Below are positions 24,332-34,429 of a stretch of 64,000 bases of DNA, piece by piece (within the stretch, counting starts at the first letter, position 1; each line of letters opens with the position of its first letter). This stretch comes from Nitrospirota bacterium (lineage in GTDB: Bacteria > Nitrospirota > UBA9217): NCBI GenBank assembly GCA_963818475.1, contig CAWFSF010000006.1, positions 1,056,001 through 1,120,000 of the forward strand, given 5' to 3'. Position numbers and translations under genes: made by a program. Under the pieces are notes generated by a model that ran no database searches, was not told the DNA's origin, and worked only from the letters and a program-made list of their open reading frames with translations.

Positions 24332-26302
24332 ATGAAAAATTGGGACCGTTTTTTTTGTCAATTTCAAAAAGATGTTAAATTGTGGCTTTTCTGCTTTTTT
24401 TCTTTCGGCGTTTATCGCGGTGGTTTCATTTTTTACTTCAGGAATAAGATCGACAACGTGACTTCCGTGACAGACTTCCAGCAGGTATTTGTAAACGGTA
24501 TTCGTTACGACTCCATGGCAGCAACGGCATGGGTGATCCTCCCATTTTTGATGAGCGTTGGAAATGGCTTTTTCGATCTGGAACGGCGAACAGACGGTTT
24601 TCGTCGCAGTTGGGGAGAAATTTTCAGCGTTGTATTCGCAGGTGCTTGTGTTGTAACCGTCAACTATTTTAAAGAATTTAATGACCAGTTCAATCATTTT
24701 ATGGCAAATCTGCTGTTTGATGACCCAACTGCCATTATACGGATTATCTGGTCAGACTATCACGTTGTCGAGAATTTTTTTATCATTAGCGTGTTGACGG
24801 TGGTCTTAGTTGTGATTGTAAGACGAATGGTGAGCAAGGGTTTCCTGTCCCCAGAGATACTACAGAAGTACCCGTTAAATATTGCTACGCGAACACTGAT
24901 CTCTTTAATTATAGTAGTTTTTTTCTGCGCAGGGATACGAGGTTCTCTCAACCGTCATCCGCCCCAGCGAAACGATACCATCGTAACCGATGATGACTTC
25001 CTTAATAAAGCTGTGATGAATCCCTTTCTGGCATTCTATCTCACGGTGAGAGATTACATTCATCAGAACGATGTTGCTTCAGGTCTCGACGAATTTCTGC
25101 CGGACCATGACGTAAGGCGTGCGGCACAAGCAGTGTTCTTGAACAGCGCCACTTCAGATAATCTTGATGACTACTTCGAGAAAATTGCACCGGGAGCAAA
25201 AAATCCTCCAGCGCGCCATATTTTTTTCGTGGTGATGGAAAGCTTTGACTCATGGCCACTTTTGGAAAAATATGAGTTACTGCATCTTGCAGATAACCTC
25301 ACGCGGATTGCTCGTGAGGGTCTCATCGTGAAAAATTTCATTCCATCTACCGATAGTACGGGACATTCGCTATCCGTAATCATAACGGGATTACCCGTCT
25401 CAACCGTAAACATATCCGCTTCGATAAGGACTTTTCCAACATCTATAGCGAAAGCTTTCAAGCGACTGGGCTATAAAACAAACTTGTTTTACGGCGGTAA
25501 CGATAGCTGGTTGAATCTGAGTAAATTTGGGCGGGCGCAGGGCTTCGACGAGGTCTACGGCGCTAATCATATGCGGAGCAAAGATACATCCACAGCATGG
25601 CACATTCCTGATGAATATCTTTTTGACTTTGTTTTGACCAAAGTTGACGATTCCCATCCGAGTTTTAATGTGATCATGACGACCAGTTATCACCCGCCCT
25701 ACATTGTAAATGTCTATGAAAAAGGATTCCCGCTCAAAAGTATCCCCGAGAAATTCGACCCAAATCATGACAACCCCATAAATCTCAATGAATTGGGCCA
25801 CCTCTGGTATTCTGATAAGTGCCTCGGGTCTTTCGTTCAAAAGGCAGAGCAGCATTTAACGAGGGCTCTTTTCGCCATTACCGGCGATCACTTCAGTCGT
25901 CGTTTCATCAATTCCCATCCTGATTTCTACGAGCGGTCGTCGGTGCCGTTCGTTCTCTACGGCAAAGACGTACTCAAGGAAGTTCAGCTGCCGAAAGATA
26001 TCGCTGGCAGTCATATCGACATCGGCCCTACCTTGGTCGAGTTATCTGCACCAAAGGGATTCCGCTATTATTCTACAGGCACCAATTTACTTACGGCTGA
26101 TCAAAACCATGTCGGTATCGGCAGCTATAAGATCATGGGCACTGATTTCATGATCGACCTATCCTCTTCAGCCAAAATCCATCCACTGCGTGATTACCCA
26201 CTGCCTAAACAATTTCCCGATATTGACCAAATGAGAACCTTATTTAATCGCATGAGCGCCATTTCCTGGTGGAGGGTTGTCAATGGCTCTCAGTTGAAAT
26301 AA
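24332..26302 (+). CDS. LTA-synthase/MdoB-family membrane sulfatase-fold phosphotransferase
   Basis: About five N-terminal TMs (G.RYD, GIRG), VVMESF, candidate Thr nucleophile, TTSYHPPY, YSD..LG.F, TGDH, SHIDI.PT. Confidence 0.85.
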   Translation: MKNWDRFFCQFQKDVKLWLFCFFSFGVYRGGFIFYFRNKIDNVTSVTDFQQVFVNGIRYDSMAATAWVILPFLMSVGNGFFDLERRTDGFRRSWGEIFSVVFAGACVVTVNYFKEFNDQFNHFMANLLFDDPTAIIRIIWSDYHVVENFFIISVLTVVLVVIVRRMVSKGFLSPEILQKYPLNIATRTLISLIIVVFFCAGIRGSLNRHPPQRNDTIVTDDDFLNKAVMNPFLAFYLTVRDYIHQNDVASGLDEFLPDHDVRRAAQAVFLNSATSDNLDDYFEKIAPGAKNPPARHIFFVVMESFDSWPLLEKYELLHLADNLTRIAREGLIVKNFIPSTDSTGHSLSVIITGLPVSTVNISASIRTFPTSIAKAFKRLGYKTNLFYGGNDSWLNLSKFGRAQGFDEVYGANHMRSKDTSTAWHIPDEYLFDFVLTKVDDSHPSFNVIMTTSYHPPYIVNVYEKGFPLKSIPEKFDPNHDNPINLNELGHLWYSDKCLGSFVQKAEQHLTRALFAITGDHFSRRFINSHPDFYERSSVPFVLYGKDVLKEVQLPKDIAGSHIDIGPTLVELSAPKGFRYYSTGTNLLTADQNHVGIGSYKIMGTDFMIDLSSSAKIHPLRDYPLPKQFPDIDQMRTLFNRMSAISWWRVVNGSQLK

Positions 26303-26423
26303 CGAGCCACTTTCATGCCCGATCGGCTCTCGTCAAGAGTGAACAGGCTGGATTTAAGTGGGTAAACTTTTGTCGAGGGTGACATTCCTATTCACAAACC
26401 AAGATGATCATGCACGCCACCGG

Positions 26424-27566
26424 CTAGTGAAAGGTTTTATTGTATCTTTCGAGGGAACAGGATGAACCGAATTTTTGTAATTTTGCGATATCGAACGTAA
26501 AATCTTTCTTTCTGATTGTGGCTATCTTGACTGCTATATCAACAGAATTCCTTGGTTCTACCAAGGCACCGAAGCCCGTCTCAAGAACTACGGTACGAAC
26601 ACCCGGCAGGTCAGATGCGATCACCGGCGTTCCGCAAAGCATTGCCTCAACCTGTACCATGCCGAATGATTCAAGAGGGTCGATGCTCGGCAACACTAAT
26701 ACGTCGATCATGCTGTAAAATTGAACCAATTCCCTGTCCTGCAAAAAACCTGTAAATACTATTTTAGTTGGATATAATTTGAGGTACTTGCTCAAGTCGT
26801 CTTTAATCGTTCCGCCGGCAATGTTTTTATCTTCTCCAGCTACGATGATAACAAAATCACCGATCTGGTCCTCCAGATAAGGGATCGCATCAAACAAGAA
26901 TTTGAGGCCTTTCTCATAAACTAGTCTTCCGACAAAACCGATTTTGTAGCTCTTGGGGTTAATGGAAAATTTTGTTAGTAAATTCTGATAATCCAAATTT
27001 TGCTTTTGTGCGTGGCGTATTGAGCGTATTGGCGGATAAATTTCTACAGCTTTTTGAGAGTATTTTTTCATGCGAGAATGGTGAAAGTAATCCAAACTGT
27101 TCACGACCACAACTCGAGATTTATTTAGGACTAAATCCATCAGCCGATAAGATATTGTCTCAAGAATATTATTTAACATACCCTTACCGAGATTCAAGTC
27201 GCAATGGTATGTTGTAACGAGCTTTTTTGTTTTAATAAAAAGACATGCCAATCCCGCGTCAATCATAGGCAAGTGAAAATTAATTATGTCATTTCCTCTT
27301 GAGAGCCGTATGATGTTCAGCCAAAAAGTAGGTGCTATGACCCCCTTCCCCATGTGGGCGATCACTGGCACCCGGACTACATTAACTCCGTTAATGCAGG
27401 AAGACCTCGGTAGCATAGCATCATATCTCGTGGTCAACACTGTTACAGAATGACCTTCACGCGACAAACCTTCGGCCAATTCCTTTGCATAATTGGAAAG
27501 ACCGCTGACGTAGGGGTGATAATAATAAAGAACGATCAAAATGGATTTTTTCAATGGTGTATTCAT
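26424..27566 (-). CDS. GT4 glycosyltransferase
   Basis: FVGRLVYEKG, VLPS...ESFGMVQVEAM.CG.PVIASDLPG. Confidence 0.92.
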   Translation of the reverse strand: MNTPLKKSILIVLYYYHPYVSGLSNYAKELAEGLSREGHSVTVLTTRYDAMLPRSSCINGVNVVRVPVIAHMGKGVIAPTFWLNIIRLSRGNDIINFHLPMIDAGLACLFIKTKKLVTTYHCDLNLGKGMLNNILETISYRLMDLVLNKSRVVVVNSLDYFHHSRMKKYSQKAVEIYPPIRSIRHAQKQNLDYQNLLTKFSINPKSYKIGFVGRLVYEKGLKFLFDAIPYLEDQIGDFVIIVAGEDKNIAGGTIKDDLSKYLKLYPTKIVFTGFLQDRELVQFYSMIDVLVLPSIDPLESFGMVQVEAMLCGTPVIASDLPGVRTVVLETGFGALVEPRNSVDIAVKIATIRKKDFTFDIAKLQKFGSSCSLERYNKTFH

Positions 27567-27587
27567 CGATTTCGTGATCTACAGTCT

Positions 27588-28937
27588 TCAGTTGCCGTCA
27601 AGAACATGTTCTTTTTTACCTGTCAACACCCGATCCACCGCCTCGACCCCCTGCATGAAAGAATGGTCCATATTGCCGACCTCGTATTTCCAGGCTCCGA
27701 AACGACCACGAGAATACACACCGTGCGATTCCAGGTAAGGCTGAATCACCGCGAGTGCCGCATCCCTTCCGAGAGTGGGAACAGGGTAAGAGTACGGTAT
27801 ATCGATGACATACCGGGACAGGAGGTCCGTCAGCTGGTTTTCCCCGATCATGGCTGAGTTGATCAAACCTTGAATGGTTTCTTCGACTATGGTGCCTTTA
27901 TTCACTTGTTTATACGAAGAATAGGTAGTCTCGCCCATCAGAGAGAAGTGGCGGTCTATATCACCATCAGGCACATTGTAAGGAGAATAGTTGTGAAAAT
28001 TAGTGACCCGGTAAAAGGGAGCATTGCCTTCAGGGAAATACATCCAGCACTTAGAGTCCGTGCGCTTGCCGGAGAAGCCAAGGCCGACAATCAGTCCGCT
28101 GTTGTGAACCAATTCCCGTGCCTCCATTCGCACGTTTTCTGATACATCAGAGCAGAGCTGCACGAATAGGTCAAGGGGCATGGTATTAATGAGAAAATCA
28201 TACGTTTCACGACGGCCATTGGAAAACTCTATCGTTTTATCTCTGAGACTGACGCGGGTGCATTTGTGATCGTATTGGATATGTTGACCGAACGGGCGGG
28301 CGATACCGCTGAAGATTGCTCCTGTCCCTCCTCTTTTTGGAAACTTGAACTTGTTATTCGGCCCCCAATTCACATCATTCCTTCCCTCAGCGATGTTTCG
28401 TTCCACGCGGTCTACATCCACTACGCTGACGCGTTCGTTTATCCAGTTCTTGCTCAGGGAATCCAGCGGCAGGCCCCATACTTTTTTGTTATAGGGCTCC
28501 ATGAAGTACTTCACGATACCCTTGCCGAAGACCGCCTCTATCCATTCCTGGAAATTCGCCGATCTTCCGATATCTGAATTCCGACTTCGTAGACCGACCA
28601 GGCATTCGCGTAATGCACTTTCTGGGAGATGGCGAATATTGTTTTGGAATGGATAAGGCACCCACGTGTTCAGGATGCGTATCCAGCTTTCTCTTTGGTG
28701 TTCATAGTAATTTAAACCGAGGGCTTCGGATATAGCGCTGTCAAAGTAGGGATAATGAGAAAAGAGGACATGTCCACCGACGTCCCAGGTAAAACCATGA
28801 GCATCAAGGAAAGATGCAGAAAGGCCGCCGGCGTGATCAGTGCGTTCAAAGAGTGACCAGTCTTTATAGCCAAGTTTATGAAGATGATAGGCAGCGCCAA
28901 GCCCGCAGGGACCGGCGCCGATAATGAGAATTTTCAA
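27588..28937 (-). CDS. FAD-dependent protein resembling eukaryote-type UDP-galactopyranose mutase
   Basis: GAGPCGL, GFTWDVGGHVLFSHY, WVPYPFQNN, PYNKKVW, WGPN..F.FP..GGTG, FYRVT...NYSP, YSYP.P, RGRFGAWKYEVGNMDHSFMQGVE. Confidence 0.78.
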   Translation of the reverse strand: MKILIIGAGPCGLGAAYHLHKLGYKDWSLFERTDHAGGLSASFLDAHGFTWDVGGHVLFSHYPYFDSAISEALGLNYYEHQRESWIRILNTWVPYPFQNNIRHLPESALRECLVGLRSRNSDIGRSANFQEWIEAVFGKGIVKYFMEPYNKKVWGLPLDSLSKNWINERVSVVDVDRVERNIAEGRNDVNWGPNNKFKFPKRGGTGAIFSGIARPFGQHIQYDHKCTRVSLRDKTIEFSNGRRETYDFLINTMPLDLFVQLCSDVSENVRMEARELVHNSGLIVGLGFSGKRTDSKCWMYFPEGNAPFYRVTNFHNYSPYNVPDGDIDRHFSLMGETTYSSYKQVNKGTIVEETIQGLINSAMIGENQLTDLLSRYVIDIPYSYPVPTLGRDAALAVIQPYLESHGVYSRGRFGAWKYEVGNMDHSFMQGVEAVDRVLTGKKEHVLDGN

Positions 28938-29024
28938 TGTTACTTCTTCCCCTTCGTATGACTGGAAATCATAGTATGATTATCTCCATCCCTGTTAGGT
29001 TGAAAGGCTCCAGATTCGTCCGGA

Positions 29025-30380
29025 TTACGTTATTTCAAAAACGCTGCCGGACGTTTCGACCATGAGCGTTTTTATGAACTCCCGAGCGACATAATCTGTA
29101 TCGAGCAGCGTCCCGGGCGGTTCGTTGCCGAAGTTTCGATATCGCATCGGTGTGTTGACCCGTCCCGGGCTCACAACGTTCACCCGGATATTCCATGGAG
29201 ACAATTCTTCGGCCAGGGCCTGGGAGAAATTGACCAAAGCCGCTTTCGAACTGCTGTAGGCGGCATACCCTTCCCTGCCGCGGGTGTAGGAACTGGAACC
29301 GACATTGAACAATGCTCCTTCTTTCTGAGCTTTAAATATCGGAATGGCCGCCTTCGCAACGAGAAAAGCGCCCATGACATTTGTATCATAAATATGACGC
29401 CACTCGTCTTCGGACACATCTTCCACGTGCTTCCTGATCATATCTCCCGAACAGTTGATTACAAAATCGATTTTTTTCGCCTCCTTGACGACCCTGGTAA
29501 AGCCGTCCCGGATTGAGGCTAAAGATCTTACATCAACGGATGGGTCGGTAGAACGGCTGAAGGAGTATACCCGCGCAGCAAGCCCTTGGAGGTTCTCGAC
29601 AAGTTTCAATCCTATTCCGCTCGTCCCGCCGATAACGACACACACCTTGTTCTTCATTGAAGTCACATCAGCGGCCGCCTCTCCGCCTCGAGACTTCAAC
29701 TGAAACAGCTTGTCTGCAATATGAAGATCGAGTGGATAGGTTATTTTTATGTTCTGTTCGTCACCCGACACAACAAAAACCTTATGGCCAAGCCTGTGAA
29801 CGAGCGAACAGTCATCGGTTGCATTTTCAACGCTTTCCTGAACAGCGCGCATATGTGCTTTGAGAAGAAGCTTGTATTCAAATGCCTGCGGTGTTTGGCC
29901 ACGTCGAAGACGGGAGCGTTCGGGAATATTCGCGATAAACCCTTCCGGGCTCACCTCAACAATTGTATCTGCCGAAGGAATTACGGTATCAACAGCACTG
30001 TGCTCTATCACGGCATCGATCATCCTATCGATGATCACGTGCGTTATAAACGGCCTGACTGCATCGTGTGTCAGCACATATTCCGTATCGGCGCCGCAAC
30101 ATTCGATGCCTATGCGTGAAGACTCCTGCCGGGTAGCGCCTCCGACTACAACCTTGATGATTTTTCGAAAGCCGTAGTGCGAGACATATTCCCACATCTC
30201 GTCAACATACTCCTGTTGCGTGACAACCACGATGCCGGAAATGCGACGGCATGACTCGAACACTTTCAAAGTGTGGACAATGACCGGCAAGCCAGCCAGT
30301 TTCACAAACTGTTTCGGTTTCCAGTCGTTAAAACGACTGCCCGATCCTGACGCCAGGATGACCGCCTTGACGGTATGCAT
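29025..30380 (-). CDS. Bifunctional IspD/TarI-type cytidylyltransferase plus SDR reductase (Bcs1/Acs1-like CDP-polyol synthase)
   Basis: ILASG.G.R....PKQF, HDAVRPF, QTPQAF, NIKITYP.DL; then GGTSGIG, YSSSKAA, VSPGR.NTPMR. Confidence 0.88.
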   Translation of the reverse strand: MHTVKAVILASGSGSRFNDWKPKQFVKLAGLPVIVHTLKVFESCRRISGIVVVTQQEYVDEMWEYVSHYGFRKIIKVVVGGATRQESSRIGIECCGADTEYVLTHDAVRPFITHVIIDRMIDAVIEHSAVDTVIPSADTIVEVSPEGFIANIPERSRLRRGQTPQAFEYKLLLKAHMRAVQESVENATDDCSLVHRLGHKVFVVSGDEQNIKITYPLDLHIADKLFQLKSRGGEAAADVTSMKNKVCVVIGGTSGIGLKLVENLQGLAARVYSFSRSTDPSVDVRSLASIRDGFTRVVKEAKKIDFVINCSGDMIRKHVEDVSEDEWRHIYDTNVMGAFLVAKAAIPIFKAQKEGALFNVGSSSYTRGREGYAAYSSSKAALVNFSQALAEELSPWNIRVNVVSPGRVNTPMRYRNFGNEPPGTLLDTDYVAREFIKTLMVETSGSVFEIT

Positions 30381-30381
30381 T

Positions 30382-31131
30382 TCAGCTGACTCCTTTATGT
30401 CTCCTCAATGAGCTGAGAAACATTACATTAAGCATGAGAATAAGAACGAGAGCAAGAATGTTCGCTGCAACAAGGAACGGAACAACCATGTTTAGGATGG
30501 GACCGATGACAAATACCAGGCTATCCAGCTCGATATCATGATAATAGGACATCATGTTCCGCTTTGATGTAAAGTCAAACCATCGTGCAAGGAGACTGCT
30601 CCTTGTTGTTTCTCGAGCGAGCTCCATGCCCACTTTACTTTTGCCTCCTGCCTTGAGAATGGCTGTTTCCTGCGCAGCTCTCGTAAACAAGATCAGATTG
30701 TTCAAACCGAGGTAAAGGAGGAGGAAAAACACAACTGAGATGCCTCCCGAAACACTGAATTGTCCGTATGCCAGTGCTGTTGATGTCATCACAATTCTCA
30801 AGCGGTCCAACATCGGGTCAAGATAAGCACCCAACGGGCTGGCCAATCCCTTGACGCGTGCGATGGTCCCATCCACGCAATCAAAGAGGTAATTGATCTC
30901 GAAAAATATGGCTCCCAGAACAAGTCCAAGGCGACTCCCCCAGGCAAAACAGACTGCCGAGAATAAGACGAAGGCGAAAGAGCCTATCGTTATTGCATTC
31001 GGAGTGATTTTGGTTCTATTAATGAAGAAAAGCGAGAGTCTGCGTGCCGCAGGGAGAACAAAGAGCATTGCCCACCACGATTTTCGCTGAAGCTTTGATT
31101 CTATCTCTTGAAGTGTATAATTACGATTCAT
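30382..31131 (-). CDS. CDP-alcohol phosphotransferase family membrane protein
   Basis: ITPNAIT and DCVDGTIAR-x8-GAYLDPMLDR signature. Confidence 0.88.
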   Translation of the reverse strand: MNRNYTLQEIESKLQRKSWWAMLFVLPAARRLSLFFINRTKITPNAITIGSFAFVLFSAVCFAWGSRLGLVLGAIFFEINYLFDCVDGTIARVKGLASPLGAYLDPMLDRLRIVMTSTALAYGQFSVSGGISVVFFLLLYLGLNNLILFTRAAQETAILKAGGKSKVGMELARETTRSSLLARWFDFTSKRNMMSYYHDIELDSLVFVIGPILNMVVPFLVAANILALVLILMLNVMFLSSLRRHKGVS

Positions 31132-32276
31132 TGCACCTGACTCTCTGAAAGAGTAGAAAAGAGTTTTTCGTACTCGCCGACCATACGATCCAGAGAATAC
31201 CGTTCAGCCCGTAAACGGCTTTTTGACCGATAGTGGTCACGCTTGCCCGGTTGAGAAGCGACTTCCAGGATCGCAGCGGACAATGCCGTAATGTCACCCG
31301 GCGGCACCAACAGGCCGTACTGTCCATTGTCTAGAATTTCAACAGGACCATCAGATGCTGTTGCTATCACGGGCACTTTCAGCGCTAACGCCTCCAGCAG
31401 AACTGTCGGAAATGCTTCCCATCGCGATGGAAGAACAAGAAAACCAGCATGTTTCAGCATGCCAAAAGGATTCTCGAGATTGCCCGTGAAAATGACTCTA
31501 TCTTTTAATGACAAACATTGTGCCAAATCTGAAAGATACTCGCGCAGACTTCCCTCACCTACGATGACAAGTGAATGAGGTATCTTTGACGCGATATTTG
31601 CATATGCCCGAATGAGATCGGTATGTCCCTTTTCGGGCTCCAGCCTTCCAATAGAGATAATATAAGGAGATTGCGTATATGCGAATGTGACTTCTCTTGA
31701 GGCATCTTCAATTCTTCTGATGTCTATGCCATTATAGATGAGCTCAATCCTGTCCGCTGCAATTCCAAGATGCGAGCCGATCTCTTTGGCCATAAGTTTC
31801 GATATGGCAACGACCCGATCTGCTTTTCGAAATAAATAAGAGGTAATCAGTTTTTTGAAAGTTGCAAAAATATTCTTAAATGTTGATGCCTTAACAAAAA
31901 CATTCACGGGAAGATGAAACTCGACAATAAGTTTTCCTCCGTTTTTATGAATAACGCCCGCGACAGAACATCCCAGGATACCCGCAAACCAGTTATCTGT
32001 AACAACTGTGTGCGGTTTCTCGAAATCGATAATCTTCGCAAACAGAGCCGAATAGCGCAGCACCCTGAAAGGAAATTGAAAAGCGTTTCCCTGCTTACCT
32101 TGCAAGGTTTTGACGACGATATCGCTGGGAATGCTTGCGCGCAGTGGTCCTGATTCATCCAACACCACGATAAGCGCTTCAAAACGTGTTTTATCAATGC
32201 GATTCAGCATTGATAGTGTGAGTTTCTCGCCTCCGCCCATCCTAAAATCGCGCATGAGAAAGAGTATCTTTTTCAC
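31128..32276 (-). CDS. GT4 glycosyltransferase
   Basis: GGGEK, IYNGID, GRLEPEKG, LPSRWEAFPTVLLEA. Confidence 0.92.
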   Translation of the reverse strand: MKKILFLMRDFRMGGGEKLTLSMLNRIDKTRFEALIVVLDESGPLRASIPSDIVVKTLQGKQGNAFQFPFRVLRYSALFAKIIDFEKPHTVVTDNWFAGILGCSVAGVIHKNGGKLIVEFHLPVNVFVKASTFKNIFATFKKLITSYLFRKADRVVAISKLMAKEIGSHLGIAADRIELIYNGIDIRRIEDASREVTFAYTQSPYIISIGRLEPEKGHTDLIRAYANIASKIPHSLVIVGEGSLREYLSDLAQCLSLKDRVIFTGNLENPFGMLKHAGFLVLPSRWEAFPTVLLEALALKVPVIATASDGPVEILDNGQYGLLVPPGDITALSAAILEVASQPGKRDHYRSKSRLRAERYSLDRMVGEYEKLFSTLSESQVQ

Positions 32277-33346
32277 CGGTGCCTCAATTTAGATCTTATA
32301 ATTTTAAAGCGAGGTTGAATGATTGAATATTTGGCCATGTTAAATAGAAATCTGACTATAAATGCCCCTTTCATTTTGAAATCCGCCCTTGATAATCCTC
32401 CTAGTTGCGAGCTACAGAGTAAATACCAGAAAGGGTAAAATATACCGACTGACCTTCGGCATACTGATAAGTATTGTTCCATCAGACAATATTCAAAAAA
32501 GGGCGATTTAAAATACTTCACATGCTTATTGGCTTCATATAGTTTACCAAGCCAGTCTTCGGTTTCTTTGATAAAGCTTTCATCGCTTGCGCAAGTAAAC
32601 TTCGCCATACTCCTATGTATATTCATTTCTCTCTCTGCAGGTTTAATATTAATCGATTCCAATTGAGTGCGCATAATCTCTCTGACATAAATTTCAATAT
32701 TGCTTGAATTAACAAACGAGATACTGTTCGGATGGATTCTGTACTTGACAAGGACTCTTTGTAAATTCCACACACGCGCGTTTCTTGCCACTCTCACCCA
32801 TAGATCGTAATCCTCGGCACCGGGATAATATCGGTAATGATCTTCCGGCAGGGCACTTTTTCTGATAATCACTGCAGATTGAGCAAAATAATTATGAAAA
32901 ACAAGAAGGGAGGGGATTCTGTCAGGAGGAGCAGTAAATATCTCAAATTTACCAGTCGGTCTGCTCTTCTCATCAATCATTTCTATCCATGCCCCAACCA
33001 TGCCGAAAGAGGGATTCTTATCAAGGAATGCAATCTGCTCCGCAAGCCTGTCGGGATAGGCAATGTCATCACAATCAAGTAAGGCGATGTATTCGCCTCG
33101 AGCATTTTTCAACCCCGTGTTTCTTGCAGCAATCAAACCAAGGTTAGCGCCATTATCGATCAATCTAATCCTTGAATCATTATAGGTTTGAATGATATCG
33201 AGGCTTCTGTCAGTAGAGCCATCATTAACAATCAATAGTTCAAAATCGGCAAAGGTCTGCTGCAATACGCTTTCTATTGCCTCCCGCAGGAATCTTTCGC
33301 CATTATAAACCGGCATAATGACACTTACCCTTGGTCCTATTCGCAT
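32273..33346 (-). CDS. GT2 glycosyltransferase
   Basis: VSVIMPVYN, NDGSTD, ARNTG, LDCDD, AEDYDLW. Confidence 0.93.
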   Translation of the reverse strand: MRIGPRVSVIMPVYNGERFLREAIESVLQQTFADFELLIVNDGSTDRSLDIIQTYNDSRIRLIDNGANLGLIAARNTGLKNARGEYIALLDCDDIAYPDRLAEQIAFLDKNPSFGMVGAWIEMIDEKSRPTGKFEIFTAPPDRIPSLLVFHNYFAQSAVIIRKSALPEDHYRYYPGAEDYDLWVRVARNARVWNLQRVLVKYRIHPNSISFVNSSNIEIYVREIMRTQLESINIKPAEREMNIHRSMAKFTCASDESFIKETEDWLGKLYEANKHVKYFKSPFFEYCLMEQYLSVCRRSVGIFYPFWYLLCSSQLGGLSRADFKMKGAFIVRFLFNMAKYSIIQPRFKIIRSKLRHR

Positions 33347-33379
33347 ATATTATGACCACAGGGGAAAGCTGAGAGAAGG

Positions 33380-33499
33380 CCCTGCGTCTCAGCTTTTTCC
33401 CAGTTGCAGAATGTTTGCACTATAACGCTCTTCACGGCATGAACCAGATATAATGAGCTATTATAAACAAGGGTTATGACGCTGAACTTTGGGATGCGC
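33380..33499 (-). pseudogene. Decayed 5' fragment of a GT2 gene
   Basis: RIPKFSVITLVYNSSLYLVHAVKSVIVQTFCNWE resembles a GT2 N-terminus and then loses similarity; no DxD domain follows. Confidence 0.55.
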
Positions 33500-34393
33500 T
33501 CAAACACTGGATTTTTTTTGCATAGACCGATAGCCGAGATAAAATGCGATCGTATGTAGATAATTGAGAATAAAGAATGTAAACGCCTCTGCCATGCCAA
33601 CCTTTCTGACGTAATCGAACAAAAATCTTCGAACTGAGCTTACGCCTGTAACTGTCCTCAAAAAAGAGCATTTTCGCTGGGGGAATTCCGGCCACTTACT
33701 GAGCAAGATCCCGTATCCTTTCCCATGTACGAAAAACATTCTGATCATGCTTCTTAAAGTAGTTCTGTGGGAGTGGATCACAACAGCATCCCTATCGTAT
33801 TCGAACCGATATCCTTTTTTCAGCATTCGATAACACAACTCGGGATCCTCCCCGCCGGGCCGAAGGAAATCCTCGTCAAAATAGCCCGCCCTGACCACGG
33901 CCTCCTTTGCGAAGAAGGCATTTGCTGTAACCAAATAGGAAATCTCATCGGTCCCCTTCCCAGGGCTCCATACTCCGATGTGGTCGAGATATTTTGTTAC
34001 CAAGGTCACGGTATCGGGAAAAACCTTACCGCCCACCCCGCCTAATTTTTCATCAGGAAAATGTTTAAGGTAGTAATTAACTATGCTTCTATCCACAAAA
34101 CAATCGGAATCGATGCTGAGGAGATATTTACCTCGTGCTTGCCGTATGCCGGCATTTCTGGCGGCTGCTGGCCCCCTGTTTTCCTGATAAACATAGTGCA
34201 TATTGATCTTCGTCCTGTACATCAATCGACGGACAAATTCTCCGGTCCCGTCCTGGGAGCCATCGTCCACAATGATCACCTCATAGTTTTCTACCGGATA
34301 ATCTATCGCCTCAACCGAATGCAAGTTCTTCTCAAGGCTTCTAAGATCATTATAGCTAGGGATAATGATACTCACTTGTATATTCTTATTCAT
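33500..34393 (-). CDS. GT2 glycosyltransferase
   Basis: VSIIIPSYN, DDGSQD, GPAAARNAG, IDSD, GGEDPEL. Confidence 0.92.
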   Translation of the reverse strand: MNKNIQVSIIIPSYNDLRSLEKNLHSVEAIDYPVENYEVIIVDDGSQDGTGEFVRRLMYRTKINMHYVYQENRGPAAARNAGIRQARGKYLLSIDSDCFVDRSIVNYYLKHFPDEKLGGVGGKVFPDTVTLVTKYLDHIGVWSPGKGTDEISYLVTANAFFAKEAVVRAGYFDEDFLRPGGEDPELCYRMLKKGYRFEYDRDAVVIHSHRTTLRSMIRMFFVHGKGYGILLSKWPEFPQRKCSFLRTVTGVSSVRRFLFDYVRKVGMAEAFTFFILNYLHTIAFYLGYRSMQKKSSV

Positions 34394-34429
34394 AAAATAA
34401 TTAAATTGCCCTAGATTCGGGCCATAACT

